DNA of 64,000 nucleotides from Octopus bimaculoides (lineage: Eukaryota): positions 9,738,924 through 9,802,923 of the forward strand of contig NC_068996.1 in assembly GCF_001194135.2 (NCBI RefSeq), read 5' to 3'. Both the position numbers and the translations under genes were made by a program. Position 1 is the stretch's first letter; the number at the start of each line of letters is the position of its first letter. Of the stretch, positions 25,310 to 56,618 are shown piece after piece. Below the pieces are notes generated by a model. It was not told the origin of the DNA and did no database searches. It saw only the letters and a program-made list of their open reading frames with translations.

Positions 25310-25398
25310 GGAACTTGCTCAACAAAGAGAAGGGAACATTGCTCAACAAAGAGAAGGGAACATTGCTCAACAAAGAGAAGGGAACATTGCTTAACAAA
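25310..25398. repeat. 24-bp tandem repeat (GGAACATTGCTCAACAAAGAGAAG, about 3.7 copies) in the AP2M1 3' UTR
   Basis: Units start at 25310, 25333, 25357 and 25381. Confidence 0.95.
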
Positions 25399-25514
25399 TA
25401 TCTCACTATCCACTTTTTATCTTTCTCCTTCATGTCTTCCTCTTCCCTTTTTTTACTCTTTGTTTCCTCCTCTTCCGTTTTGACCCCCACACACACACCT
25501 ACCCCAGGGATCGT

Positions 25515-43318
<17,804 letters not shown>

Positions 43319-43435
43319 TTAATTGCAGATGTATAAATTATTACAGTAGAGACAATGAAATAAGAGGAAAATATATGTTTGATTCAGATGTCTTAAAAGA
43401 ATATCTGATAATTTAAAGAACAGAAATTAAAAATG

Positions 43436-43616
43436 TAAAGAATAAAAAGTTTTGAATGGTACAACAATGCACTATAATTTAAAAAATGGACTATATACCT
43501 GTTGTAATTTAGTTTTCTATAGTCCGATGATATTTCGGAATACAATTCCTTCTTCAGATATTCTTAGTGCTGAATTATAGTGCTTTGTTGTACCATTCAA
43601 AACTTTTTATTCTTTA
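43436..43616 (-). ncRNA. Foldback element containing a hammerhead-ribozyme-like core (probable Penelope terminal-repeat remnant)
   Basis: 44-bp inverted repeat (43436-43479 / 43573-43616, 1 mismatch). Minus strand reads CTGAAGA-A-GGAAT-tgt-ATTCC-GAAA-TATC at 43557 to 43529. Confidence 0.5.
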
Positions 43617-44534
43617 TAAACAATACACAATGCTTCAAGTGAACTACAATACTCTCCTAAAAATATAAATTTTCACCACTTATCAATAGAATTTTATTGA
43701 TTTCTATGTGACTTATCTCTAAACTTGCCATGATACTTTAATAAAAAAAGTTGCATTATACCAAGTGCTGAAATAAAAAGCATGAGTGTGTGATTCAGAA
43801 GCTAGCTATGAAACCACATGGTTTCAGGTTCAATTCCACTGTATGGCACATTGAGCATATTTTTTTTATATAGCTCTAAAATGACCAATGCCTTGTGACT
43901 GAATTCGGTAGCCAGAAACTGTAGAGAAGCCTATCACAATATGTGTGTGTCCCCCTACCCCTCACTTGCAAACCAGTATTGGTTTGTTTACGTCCCCATA
44001 ATTTAGTGGTTTGATGAGAGACTGATAGAACAAGTACAAGACTTTTAAAAAAAAAGGAAAGAAAAGAAAACTAAGTACTACTGTGAATTTTTTTAACTCT
44101 GTCAAGGCAGTACCCTAGCATGGCTGCAATCCAATGACTAAGACCAATAAAAGATATTGAAATAGAAAGCATATTTACAAGTGGCATATGATCAAAATGC
44201 CCCCCAATTTACTTAGCATTTAAGATATTCTCTTAGTTAATGATTTAAAACTAAGCTCAAATGTTCTACATTCAATTGTCAATGAATGTGCTCTAAATAT
44301 TTCCTTATGAAATTTAAAAAATAATTTTCTACATTTGCCATTAGCAAAGACAATATGTTACTATACAGCTTAAAATAATTTCTAGCCCAACGACTGGAGT
44401 CCTCCCTTAACATCTTACTCCAATAACATAAAGCAGTGTTTTGTCCTCTTAGTTTGCCTTTTTCAGTCTCTATTAAACTATTCCTGAAATGCATATCCAT
44501 CAATGTTATAAAGTTTTGTAATAAAAATGTATAG

Positions 44535-44880
44535 AGGCATAGGAGTGGGTGCGTGGTAAGTAGCTTGCTTACAAACCACATGGTTCCGGGTTCAGTCCCA
44601 CTGCGTGGCATTTTGGGCAAATGTCTTCTACTATAGCCTCGGGCCGACAAAAGCCTTGTGAGTGGATTTGGTAGACGGAAACTGAAAGAAGCCCGTCCCC
44701 CCAACATCGTTTGACAACCGATGCTGGTGTGTTTACATCCCCGTAACTTAGCGGTTCAGTAAAAGAGACCGATAGAATAAGTACTAGGCTTACAAAGAAT
44801 AAGTCCTGGGGTCAATTTGCTCGACTAAAGGCGGTACTCCAGCATGGCCACAGTCAAATGACTGAAACAAGTAAAAGAGG
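44535..44880 (+). mobile_element. SINE family A, full length, lacking the internal microsatellite
   Basis: GAAGCCCGTC joins directly to CCCCAACATCG. A/B-box head and GTAAAAGA tail are present. Confidence 0.9.
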
Positions 44881-45560
44881 CTTCTTAATCCACTGGCTAC
44901 AAAGTTTAAATTAGTCCCCAACTATTTCCTCATATATGAAAAAAAAAAAAAAGAAGCCACTCCCTGGGGTTACCAACATTACTAAATGTTTTTAACAGGA
45001 GAAGCTACTCATATTATCATGGGTGCAGGCAGTTGTGTGATTATTAAATCTGCTCATGGTTTCATGTTCAATTCAATTCCGTCAGGGAAAGGAGAAGCTC
45101 AAGATCAATTCAGAAAGCCTTTCAATGTCATATGGTATCACTTACACATCTGCTGAACAGCAGTATTAAAAACACATTAATCATGCACATAAAGGTTATG
45201 AGAATAACGTATAGACTGGGAGTGAAATTTGTAGAATAGTATTAGGTTCAAAACAATGTTCGACGTGATGTCCAAAGTGCTGGACTAGTATAATTTTTAA
45301 GTAAAATAAATGATTCTTCTCTGTGTCAACAATAAGTGTTTCAAATGTTTGATCACCTGAGCTGCCTTCTCGGATTGAATTTAAATTGTTTGTCTAAAAT
45401 GCTACCTTTGATTTAAACTATATTCAATTTAAATACAGAAAGTTTCTGAAAGAGGTAGAGACCAACTTTATTTTCATTTTAAGAAAAATGCTATATTATG
45501 TGTTTTTTGAGTACATTATTGAAATTTAGGTTGTCTTTCTCAGTGAAAATTTAATAAATA

Positions 45561-46806
45561 CAGGGTCTTGCAAATAAATTGAGACCAATTTTAAGCAATT
45601 GACTTATTGGGTTTAACATTTCATTTTTTTGACAAAACCTTGTTTGCTTGAAAATCTAATCTGCCTCTTTATTTTTCAGGTAAATTAGCAAACTGATTCG
45701 AGAACAGAAAGTCATGGAACAACAGAATAATTCCACCATTGCTGTTTTGGCACATGCTGGACACACTACCAATAAAATTGTTAAGTTGTTGAAACTTCCA
45801 AAAGCAACAATTTATCATGTGTATAAGCAATTTAAAGAAAGAAAGATTGATAGAAAAAATGATTCCAAGTGCAATCCAAAGTTTCTCACTGGCCTCAAAT
45901 GCTCGATTGAAGCCAACCCACCCACATCAATGACAACTCTTGCAAAGAAACACAATGTATCCCTTTCCACAGTGTTCAGAGCTGTGAACAAGAACCTGGG
46001 TATGACTAGCTATGTTCGTCACTGCTGTCACCTCCTATCAACCAAGGCCAAAGCAATCAGAGTCGAGAGATGCCCAAAGTTTCTGTCATCCATCAAGCAT
46101 CAAGGTGAGGAAAAAATTCTCAGATTTGTGAATGAGAAGTTCACTGTGGACACTGAGATGAATCACAGAAATTCACATATGATTGATACAATCCTTCTGA
46201 CGTCCCCACTGTGTTTAAGACTAAGAATCTTGCCTCTGTGATAGCATTTGGAACTGTGGCGAGTGATGGAAGAGTCATTGAGTCTGGCTTGAAGATCAGC
46301 ACAAAGGTATATCTGGACATCCTGAAGAACTATTACTTTGAACGGAACAGAAGTTTGGGCTGGACAATGTGGTGCTTATCCAGGATTTTGCACCATACTG
46401 TGGGTCAAAAGCAACACTGGTCTTCCTTGGTGAGAAGGTGCCATATTTTATGAGGGCCAACATCTGGCTCAATAACAGCCCAGATCTCAACCTTCTCGAT
46501 TACATTTTATGGGGCGTACTTCAAGCAACGACCAATGCTTCACCACACTTGAATATCAACAGTTTGATGACCTACATCATGCATGTGACACACAAAATCA
46601 AAAGGGCAGAGGTTGCAGCAGTTACAAAAAAATTTCTTTTTCATGTGGAGGCAGTGATTGCCCAAAAGGGCAGCTATATTGAGTGATAAATGTTTTTGTT
46701 GTAATAAATGTTACATTAAAATCATATCTGTCTACTATCATTATTTTAGTATTTATAACCAATTTTATGCGTCATAAAAATTTCTCAATTTATCTGCAAG
46801 ACCCTG
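45561..46806 (+). mobile_element. Full-length decayed Tc1/mariner transposon of the DD37D (maT/Bmmar1-like) type
   Basis: 24-bp TIRs CAGGGTCTTGCA(A/G)ATAAATTGAGA, TA on the left. Frameshifted transposase 45714-46686 with two HTH regions, IQD...SPDLNLLDY, and 37 residues between the second and third Asp. Confidence 0.92.
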
Positions 46807-46940
46807 TGATCTTTTAATATTGTTTTAAAATGTTTCTTTCAAAAAATATTTTATTTCATATTCTACAAACTCAGCATATACATTGTACAATATCTACATT
46901 TACTTAGATGGCTTCTCCAGACACAATGTTCTGTTTTCAT

Positions 46941-47316
46941 CATAGGAGTGGCTGTGTGGTAAGTAGCTTGCTTACCAACCACATGGTTCCGGGTTCAGTC
47001 CCACTGCGTGGCACCTTGGGCAAGTGTCTTCTACTATAGCCTTGGGCCGGCCAAAGCCTTGTGAGTGGATTTGGTAGATGGAAACTGAAAGAAGCCCATC
47101 GTATATATGTGTATATATATATGTATGTGCGTGTCTGTATTTGTCTCCCCAACCGATGCTGGTGTGTTTACGTGCCCGTAACTTAGCGGTTCTGCAAAAG
47201 AGACTGATAGAATAAGTACTAGGATTACAAAGAATAAGTCCTGGGGTCGATTTGCTCTTCTAAAGGCGGTGCAGCAGCATGGCCGCAGTCAAATGACTGA
47301 AACAAGTAAAAGAGTA
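46941..47316 (+). mobile_element. SINE family A, nearly full length
   Basis: ATAGGAGTGGCTGTGTGG head through the GTAAAAGAGTA tail. Confidence 0.9.
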
Positions 47317-49986
47317 TACGTCTTTCTGAGTGTAGAGTTGAATTTTCTTTGATCTGCAAATATAATCAGTTTTGTTGGACCACCATTCTGCTGACAGCAA
47401 CATATAATTGCCAACGTGTGAACATTAGAGTCAGAAAATACAATCTGTGTCAATTTAAACTTTGTCCTTGGTTTATTTAATCAATGTATCAAAAGCAGGC
47501 TTTATAGGAAATTGCAATCTTCTTAGATTTTAGATTCATTTTAGAATGATAAATCATTGTCAGGCTATTGAAGAGAAATCCAAAGAATCATTAGCTTTCT
47601 CCCAGCATCAATACTCCTAATTCTACTGTTGCTCAGTCAATTGTTAGCAGCAATAAGTACCATGTATCAAAGTACCATTGCAGTGATAATTTGTGTTGTC
47701 TAATTTCAAAAAGGTAATACTAGATTTCCTGTTTTGTTTTTAATGATATTTGGAGATAGACAACTTATATTTAGTGAATTCAAAAATTCTGTAGGTCAAG
47801 AACTTCTACCACTGAGTTTACACTTAATATAATCTCATTTCTAGGAAATTCAGAATTTCATTGTTTTGTTGATCAACTTGGTCATTTTTAAAAAGTTAGA
47901 ATAAATTTTGGGGACAGCCATTGTTAATTTTAGTAGGGTGTTGTTAGATCAGTATAAACAAACCAAGCCAAATTTTCTCTGGAATTCACTGTTAGCAGGG
48001 TGGAATTGTCGTGGTGCCTGTGAAAGTTGTATCAGTATTAATGATGTTTGGAATCCTTCCTTTGTCCAGTTACAGCAGCAAGTTTGTATGATGGTTTAGC
48101 AGATCAACCCTTTAGTGTTCAGATTATTCTATCAAATGTAATTTTTATTTATTCACATTGTTTTGAATTTATTCTGCATTACCTCATAGCTTTGAGATTT
48201 TGATTGTGTGACTGTATATTTTTTAGACTAACATTGTAAGGTAAGGTGTGAGAAGCAGGATCTGGCCAGTTTCAACATAAACCAGGTAAAATATTTCGGC
48301 CAGATATGGCTGGTTTAAATGTAGTAAAATCAATGCTCAAACAATTGAGAACTCTCATTGTCTGGATATGCAAAAACTTCACACTGACTCCAAATGGAAG
48401 ACCTTTTCATGCATGCATGTAATTATTGAACATTTTTGACCTTTTCAGACAACTGAGAGAATCTGCCAACATTTCTGATGGAGACTAAAAATTTCCCTCT
48501 AAGAAGTTTCTCATTGCTCATAACATCTTGAACATGCATTCAGATGTTAGTAGCTCACCGAGACTTCAGCCCATACCACTGGCTGAACATTATGCAGAGA
48601 ACAACCAACTGTATCAGAAGATATATGATACGTTGATATTGATTTTTACCAGAATGGAAACTGTTGTGTCGACGCCTCCAAGCGAAGAAGTAGGATTGCC
48701 CAAGACATATAAATAGAGGTAGTCTAGAGGGTTGAGTGACTGTTAAGTAGAGATCATCCGAAGGTTATAGATAGCAGTAGCTTGAGACATAACAGAAACT
48801 CAACTCAAAATAAAAACGGGCAATTCAGCCAAGCTTCACTTAGTGTAGCTACAATACCTGATGATGTAAAAGCAAACGTAATTTGTTAAGGTTTGCAAAC
48901 ATAGGACAGTAGCAAGTTCAAGAGGAGAGTTTTGCCAGTCTCTCCTGGAGCAGCAATAAATTATCAGGTCACCTTGATTGTTGTAGTTTCTCTTTTGATT
49001 GACCCAAAACAATTCTATGTCCATGATTGAGTATTTTAAGGTGGTGGGTTGGCAGAATCGTTACTGCACAGGAAAAAATATTTAGTGGCAATTATTCCAT
49101 TTTAACACTGAGTTCAAATTCCACCAAGGTTGACTTTACTTTCAGAGATCATAAAATACACAAGTACTAGTTGAGCATTGAGGTTGCTGAAATCAACTAG
49201 CCCTGCCAGCCTGAAAGCCTTTGAAGAGCAATTATTGATTGATTGGTGTGTGAATCCGATGACATTCTACAGAAAAACATCTTTTCACTGAATAAGGAAG
49301 TCAAAAAGTTTCTATCATGATTCAGATTATCTAAAGTACCTGCAATTTTCATATTTAACGATCTCATCTTGCTGATTTGCATCACCAATATTAAGAGAAA
49401 CTCATTCTTATTTTCTTTCTAATGAGACTATGAAATGGTCTGTGCCCTTGACTACATCTTTTGATATAGAGGGACATGGCTCTTATTATATAAAAGAACC
49501 AACTGAAATGGTTCTGACATGTAATGCAAACGTGTGACTTGTGTCTTCTATGCAAGATCCTAATAGTCAGTTACACAATGGCCAATGCCTGGCTTGAAGA
49601 CCAACTTGAAGGTATGTTCTGACACATCTCTCCTTTTCTAAATGGAAAAGTTATGTATCCCTTTTACTGCAAGATACCTGTTTTGGTCCTTCCATCATAC
49701 TTTAAAACTTATCACCTGATATAGAGTCACCTCCCCACCCCTCAGTTGATTTGTGAGCTACCTGGTGACCTTACTAGCATCCAGTATACTATGTGAAGGA
49801 CATGAGCCATTGAAACCACATCAAAGCAGACATTGGACTTGGCACAATCGTTTGGCTAATTGGTTCCTATCAACTTATCCAACCCATGCCAGTATTGAAA
49901 ATGGAGGTTAAATGATGATGATGATGAGAAGTATTCACCACTACAAGAAGGCATTAATACAAAGTTACACATGGCTTCTTCAACAA

Positions 49987-50017
<31 letters not shown>

Positions 50018-51329
50018 TTTAAAGGCGGTGCTCCAGCATGGCCGCAGTCAAATGACTGAAACAAGTAAAAGAGTAAAAGAGTATATATATATAAATAGAT
50101 AGAGAGAGATGTTAGTTTAAGAAGATTCTGAAATAAGCTTAAGAATATCAATGGAACATTTACTGCTAGGTAAAAATCAATACTCTAAATGGAATCAAAT
50201 TTATTGTAAAATTCATTTTGATTGAGACAAAGATTCACCCAATGTCTTATTTAAGCAGACCTGTTTGAATAAATCATCAGGCAAAATATGTCGGAGTGTG
50301 AGCGCACATACACACACCTCTCTCACACAAACATGATTACTTCATCAGATGATATGAAGCATCTGCACATCACTGGATTAATAACAACAGTCTACCATCT
50401 AGACTTTTCCAATAAAAGGTCACCTACAAATTACTGAGGTTTTCATTTGAGTTTTCCTCGATGGCTATCAATTTTTGATACATTAAATATACCAATCTGC
50501 TTGAACTAACATGGTGGGCTCTATATTAGATAATGTTTTCAATACATGTAATATGTTTTACACTCTTACATTATGATCATATATGTCCAAATGTACAGAA
50601 GACAAAAAGACAAGTGAGGGAACAACAAGCAGGTGTAATAGTTGAAACTTGGGAAAAATGTAAAAGTCCCCAATGTCTTGAGCCTACGCTCTTTGACAAT
50701 GGGATGAGAGGAATAAAATGGAGAGAGAGAAAAAAACCCATATAAAATGGATAGTTTTATATATAAAAATTAAACATTAAATTAAATGATCACTCAACAT
50801 CATTGAGAAGAGTAACATTTTCTCAGGGAAAAGGTTGACAGTAACTTCAAAGTTTCAGGTAGCTAAAACTTAAGTGACAACTTTTTCATTTTGTAAATAT
50901 CAAGTGGGTGACTGTGTGTATTGACGCCCCCAAAATGAAAGTGCAATGATTTTTGGGCGATAATTGACGAGAAAAGAGCATGTCTTGTGTGTAAATTTCC
51001 CGTTTGTTTTTTTTTGTTGTGCATTTGTTCAATTTTTGAATCTTAATGTAACGCCATGCATCCATCTTGTTCTTACTTATTGACACCCCCTACATACACA
51101 CAAACTTTATTATATACATTGTCAACTGAAGATCAATCATAGATCAGCCAAGGAATATGGATATCAGAAGCCTTTTCCTTCTCTCCAATGACAATTGCTA
51201 TATTTTGGAATTTACCAATGTTAAATACGTTGGTGCTGAGAGTAAAGCTAGAGGAACAATACATAATTTAGCAGATTCTGAAAAGTATAAAATTCAGAGC
51301 ATACTTCATTCATTTAAATCATATTTTCT

Positions 51330-52310
51330 CGTGTCTTTTACCCTACCATTAATGAGATTACTAGACAAGACAAAAGGAAATCACAACTTGGACATCAAAA
51401 CAAGGAAGATATCAACTACTGCCGCTATATTGCACATCATCAACGACAAGAGAATATTTGTTAGATAAAGGCTGACACAACATCGGTCTTCACATCGGTA
51501 AAAACGGTCTTTCGGTGCTGCATTGAATATTTCAGACCCACACCTACTGAACAGCAAAGAGGGTTAAAAAAAAAAAAAGAACATCACATAACGGGGTCAA
51601 CAGCGAAGACACTTTGAAAGTAGTCGAAGAATTCTTCAATAGGTTCTTTGAGAGTACAATTCTTCCAACTAATCTACTTATATAGATTTGGAGAAGCCCT
51701 TATCAACGGAAAGTTATGCATGGGTGCATATCCCTCAAAACAAGGGATACTATCATTGAATCAGGAAGAATAACTTTCGCTGGAGTTGTGATAGGAATAT
51801 CACAACTCGGTTACGCCTTCGCTATTCAGGAATATGTGACAACTATTTGATTAATAAACGAGATAAGAAACATCTTCAGACCTGTGTTGCAACTGACAAC
51901 GCTGGTTGTGCCATTCCAATGTAAAAACAACAAAAACATTATTAACAGTTGTCCAGAAAGGACACAAGTTACTACCGACCCTTTAAATGTGGCAAATTTT
52001 CCAAAAAGCATTTTACAATGCTATTCGTAGGTAATATTGACTCCATGGTCATACCAAAATAAATCCCCCACCGTTAAGACCTTCGCCAAAATAGTAACCA
52101 GTAGTGGAGCATTCAAATAAAAACAATATGCTGCAAACAAAACAGACCCGAATGATATTGGGAATTAAAAGTCAGATTGTTGTAAAGATTAGATTTCTAT
52201 TAGACTATAGATGTCTCTTCAAGAGTCGAAGGAAAAATGTATATATAGCTGTTATTACAGTTTTACAACCTCATCAGTGGGCTACGCAACAACCTTAGTT
52301 ACATAAAAAA
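51330..52310 (+). mobile_element. Decayed R4/Dong-like LINE remnant (zinc knuckle/RLE region)
   Basis: Frameshifted fragments GYAFAIQE, YLINKRDKK, NIINSCPE, SYYRP and NKTD resemble R4-clade C-terminal motifs. Boundaries are approximate. Confidence 0.4.
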
Positions 52311-53224
52311 AAATAACATGGAAATGTTGGGAGCTTACGAAGAAAGAACTCGAATCCCGAAATGTAATTGATAAGTATAGCGATGATCTGTACATCAACA
52401 GATACATGAATACACGGACATGTACATTCACATATACACACACATATACAAAGATTCTCATAGTAACTCACTTATACACACACATCTTCGAATCGTCTTG
52501 ACTCGAAAAAGAGAAGACATTTCACTTTTTGAATTTTGCGATTAGCTTGCATCTCAATAATGAATAAATAAACTGAAATAAAATAAACACGCAATCATAC
52601 ATTCTAACAATTTGAAACAAAATTTTGTTTTTGCAGCGAGGGGGGGGGGAGGCAAAAAAGAAAGAACTGCAGTGAATGAATCAATGTTACATGAACTTGG
52701 AGAGAGTATATTGAGAAAAAAGATCAATGTTTGGTGCTTAAAAATAAACAAACATCTTTTCTGGAAAAAAAAATGAAGTTAATAAATATTAAATCGATCA
52801 TTGGTGTGTGTATATATATATATATATAAATGTGATAACATCTATACGTAACAGCTAAGGAAGTAGTTAGTTATTCATAACCTTAAAAGAACACTTGCTT
52901 CCATTTCACCAATAACAATGATTGCTACATACAATAGAAAAATCGATTTCATGATATGTTTTATTAAAAATAAACCTTTCGATAGTGTAATTAACACAAT
53001 TCTATTTTCTTCTGTCTATAATCTCCCGATCTTTATAATAATAGGGGTGAGACTGTCGAAAAGTGCATTGATGTTTTATATAAGGGGGGTATACGCCCAC
53101 CACACAATAATTAGTAAACCCATTCACGTTCATTGATTAGATTCAAGCTGGCTGAGGTTTATAATATACAGTTACACGAAGAAAATGTTATATGATATGG
53201 CTTAAATATATATGTATTTCTTAC

Positions 53225-53310
53225 CTGCTTTAATTTAGTTTTTCTTTGGTACTAGAACATAGTTTCAATTCTATCGCAGAGCGGCCGCTGAGTGTTAAAC
53301 GGAAACCAAC
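53225..53310 (-). other. AP2M1: Candidate non-coding first exon of AP2M1
   Basis: Strong minus-strand donor CAG|GTAAGA at 53225/53224 in a CpG-rich patch. The ATG exon has an upstream acceptor, so a 5' exon must exist. The 5' boundary is approximate. Confidence 0.6.
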
Positions 53311-53560
53311 CAAACCCACTTCCAGCGCACTATGTAATGGCGTCAATACTATTGAAAACGTTTGAGAGCTTGTCGGATAATTAGTAACACCCCCTTTTTT
53401 TTAAAGTTAATTCTAAAACTAGACTGGAAATGATGATCCATAATTTATCTAAAAAGTATAATTAACAGCATGTTTAGATTCAAATAAAAATGTTTATTTT
53501 ATTTATTCACCGGATTTATACGAACATCGTACGAGTGATAGAAACCGGAAGTAGCGAAAA
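53290..53560. promoter_or_regulatory. Putative shared promoter region between AP2M1 and RPL22
   Basis: CpG-rich. ETS-type CCGGAAGT at about 53545, CACTTCC at about 53317, YY1-type ATGGCG at about 53337, and a second GACGCCATTT at about 54317. Confidence 0.5.
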
Positions 53561-56299
53561 TAGTGACATATTTTTAAAAATTTATTTAAATTTAAAGAAT
53601 AAAAATATTTTTACACGCTTGTGTATATTTTTCGTTTTAATTTTTAATTTACAAGCAATTTCGTACAATAATTTAATATAATAATAAATCACTTGAAATT
53701 ACTTTCAAAACGTCAGCAAATTATGCAGTAAATATGTAATAAACATATTAAATTTAAATATTCAAACACAATTTAATCTCACTATTATTAATTATAACCT
53801 TTAAAAAATAAAACATATTTTTTTAAAGATATTATTTTGTAAATTATTAGATAACTATTTTTCATACGAATTATCTNNNNNNNNNNNNNNNNNNNNNNNN
53901 NNNNNNNNNNNNNNNNNNNNNNNNNNNNNNNNNNNNNNNNNNNNNNNNNNNNNNNNNNNNNNNNNNNNNNNNNNNNNNNNNNNNNNNNNNNNNNNNNNNN
54001 NNNNNNNNNNNNNNNNNNNNNNNNNNNNNNNNNNNNNNNNNNNNNNNNNNNNNNNNNNNNNNNNNNNNNNNNNNNNNNNNNNNNNNNNNNNNNNNNNNNN
54101 NNNNNNNNNNNNNNNNNNNNNNNNNNNNNNNNNNNNNNNNNNNNNNNNNNNNNNNNNNNNNNNNNNNNNNNNNNNNNNNNNNNNNNNNNNNNNNNNNNNN
54201 NNNNNNNNNNNNNNNNTAAAAAATATATATGAATTGCCTGCATTGATATGTTTTATTAAAGTAAAGATTAAATTGAATTTTTAATACCGTTTCTGATTCT
54301 CACATGGTTTTGCAACGACGCCATTTATGGAGGAAATGTCGAGACTTTCTTGAGATCTTTTTTAAAAAGAACCTTGTTGTTACCATTGTTGATTGTTTTT
54401 TGATTTGTATTTTTATTATTTATATGTAATAACGAACTATAAATTTCATACACTGCTGCATTAATATACATATATATATATAAATATATAGTTTTAGGGA
54501 AAAGAACCGAAGTTCATGAATTGAGTTTTTACCTGTAATTTTGGATTTTATCCCCAATATTATATATATATAAAATGTTGGATCGTTTTTGCACAGTTTT
54601 ACTGAAACATGAAGGAACTGCATACATTTAAACCCCTCCAAACATTTTGAAATATGAGATAAATGTTGTATGTTAATATTTATGTGACTTTATTGCGAAC
54701 GTTCCAACCATGACCATCCTGTCTTTCTGACAATATATTAACGACTACGTTATCTGAGGTTTCCTTCCCCTTATAAGATGATCTGTTAAAGTTTTGATCT
54801 ATACAAATTATATATGTTATTTAAAAGAGTTCCAACTCTGTTTTTTTATGTTTTATTTATAGAATATGGAATATATAATATGAATAGTAAAATGAAATGA
54901 AGTATTGAATGTCTTATTGAATAAATGAAATATTGAGTATTATTATGTATATGCACAATTAGCTTAGTTTCTCATATCTGAATTTTTTAATTCAGAAAAC
55001 AATTATCAAAATAGATAAGTTGGTTGATTTCTTTACGCATGCCAAGAATTATGCTTTTGTTTTAAAAGCAACGAGGAAATAGTTTTGGCTATGTTGGTGA
55101 ATATAATTTTAATCATTGAAAGGTTTCGTCTTCAACGTGGGTTTCTGCTGTTTCGTAATGTTGAATTAGACAATACCCCCACCCCATCCCCACAAGACTT
55201 TCAATAAGACTTTTTTCTTTTTTTTTCTGCATGCGTAAAAGAAACGAGCAATTTCAGCTTTGGATTTTTTTATTATCTGAAGTGTGAGTGTAGATCTAGG
55301 GTTTCGTGTGTGAGAAGCAAAATTCATGTTTTTTTTTCTCTTTCGTATCTCGTACTTCGTTAGTGCAAGTACTGCCTGTTATAATCTACATTAGCGGGTA
55401 TGGTTGGCGGATTATGTGAACATTCGATCAGAAATATATCTGCTAGTGACTAACTACTGGATAGAAATGTTCTTGTGATTGGACACGATTTATTATCAAG
55501 GGATTATTCTAGTCATAACCTTTCTTTTGTTCTATTTAGGTATATTCTAGATTTATTAGAGTATGACGAATATTAGTGTTTTTATTTATATGTTTTTAAG
55601 CTGGTATGGTGTGATTTGAGTAAGATTTGCCTGCTATTTTTATCTCGAGATTATACGGATAAATCTCGTGGCGGGAGTGCGTGATTGGTTTTAGATACAC
55701 AGTAGTACTTCAGTAAATTTACCCTGTCTGTATTGACCAGGAAGGTTACATAGTTGAAAAGTCAGTCATTTGTTGTATAAGCTAAATAAATGCCTCGAAT
55801 GGCTTCACTTCATGGTTTATATCGCTTTCTGCTTCGGTGCAGTATTACTGCTGGGCAGAATGTTCGCTCAAATCTCGAGGAAACTTGTATTATTAAATAG
55901 CAAAAATTTTATTAAACAAGGGTAGTTGGAGTTCGTCCTGTAATGTTGATTCCACACGTGCCTGTCGCAATCTCAACCTAACTCCATGCAAGTTGGGTTA
56001 ATTGTACTGCTTTTTTTAATTGTCGAAATCTGTTGGAAAGTGGGGCATCTATTGGTGGGGAGTGTCTAGAAACACGTGGCTACTTCGTGTATATTGTGGC
56101 TCCACTTATTTCTTGGTATATCGGGTGTTTTGATACTTTTAAAGTTTTCAATTTAGTTTTAAGTTTCATTTTATTGTGCTTAGTTTCGGTCCAATAAAAC
56201 CATGATTTAGGGAGTGCTGAGCGAACATCGTTCTGTCTTCTTTTGTGGAGATGAAATCCAGCGTGTTTGACTCTAAAAGACTGGCAGTGCTGTTCTTAT

Positions 56300-56618
56300 T
56301 AAAAATGTGGTTCAGGGTTCGGTCCTACTGCGTGGCAACTTGGGCGAGTGTCTAGCCTCGGGCCGACCACAGTCTTGTGAGTGGATTTGTTAGATGGAAA
56401 CAGAAAGAAGCCCGTCGTTTGTGTGTCCGTGTTTGTCCCCCGCTTCCGCTTGACGACCGATGCCGGTGTGTTTACATCGCCATAACTTAGCTGTTCGGCA
56501 AGAGTCCGATATAATGTGTACTAGGCTAACAAAGAATAAGTTCTAGGGTCGATTTGCTCGACTAAAGGCGGTGCTCCAGCATGATCGCAGTCAAATGATT
56601 GAATTCAGTAAAAGACTA
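56300..56618 (+). mobile_element. SINE family A in RPL22 intron 1
   Basis: GGTTCGGTCCTACTGCGTGG ... GTAAAAGA. Confidence 0.85.

Noticed and set aside
25310-25398. CRISPR-like array
   Set aside because: The repeats are contiguous with no spacers, and the context is a eukaryotic 3' UTR.
54304-55099. Candidate RPL22 first exons ATG|GTTTTG (54304) and ATGTTG|GTGAAT (55091)
   Set aside because: Weak donors, no clear 5' TOP tract and no protein similarity to support either.
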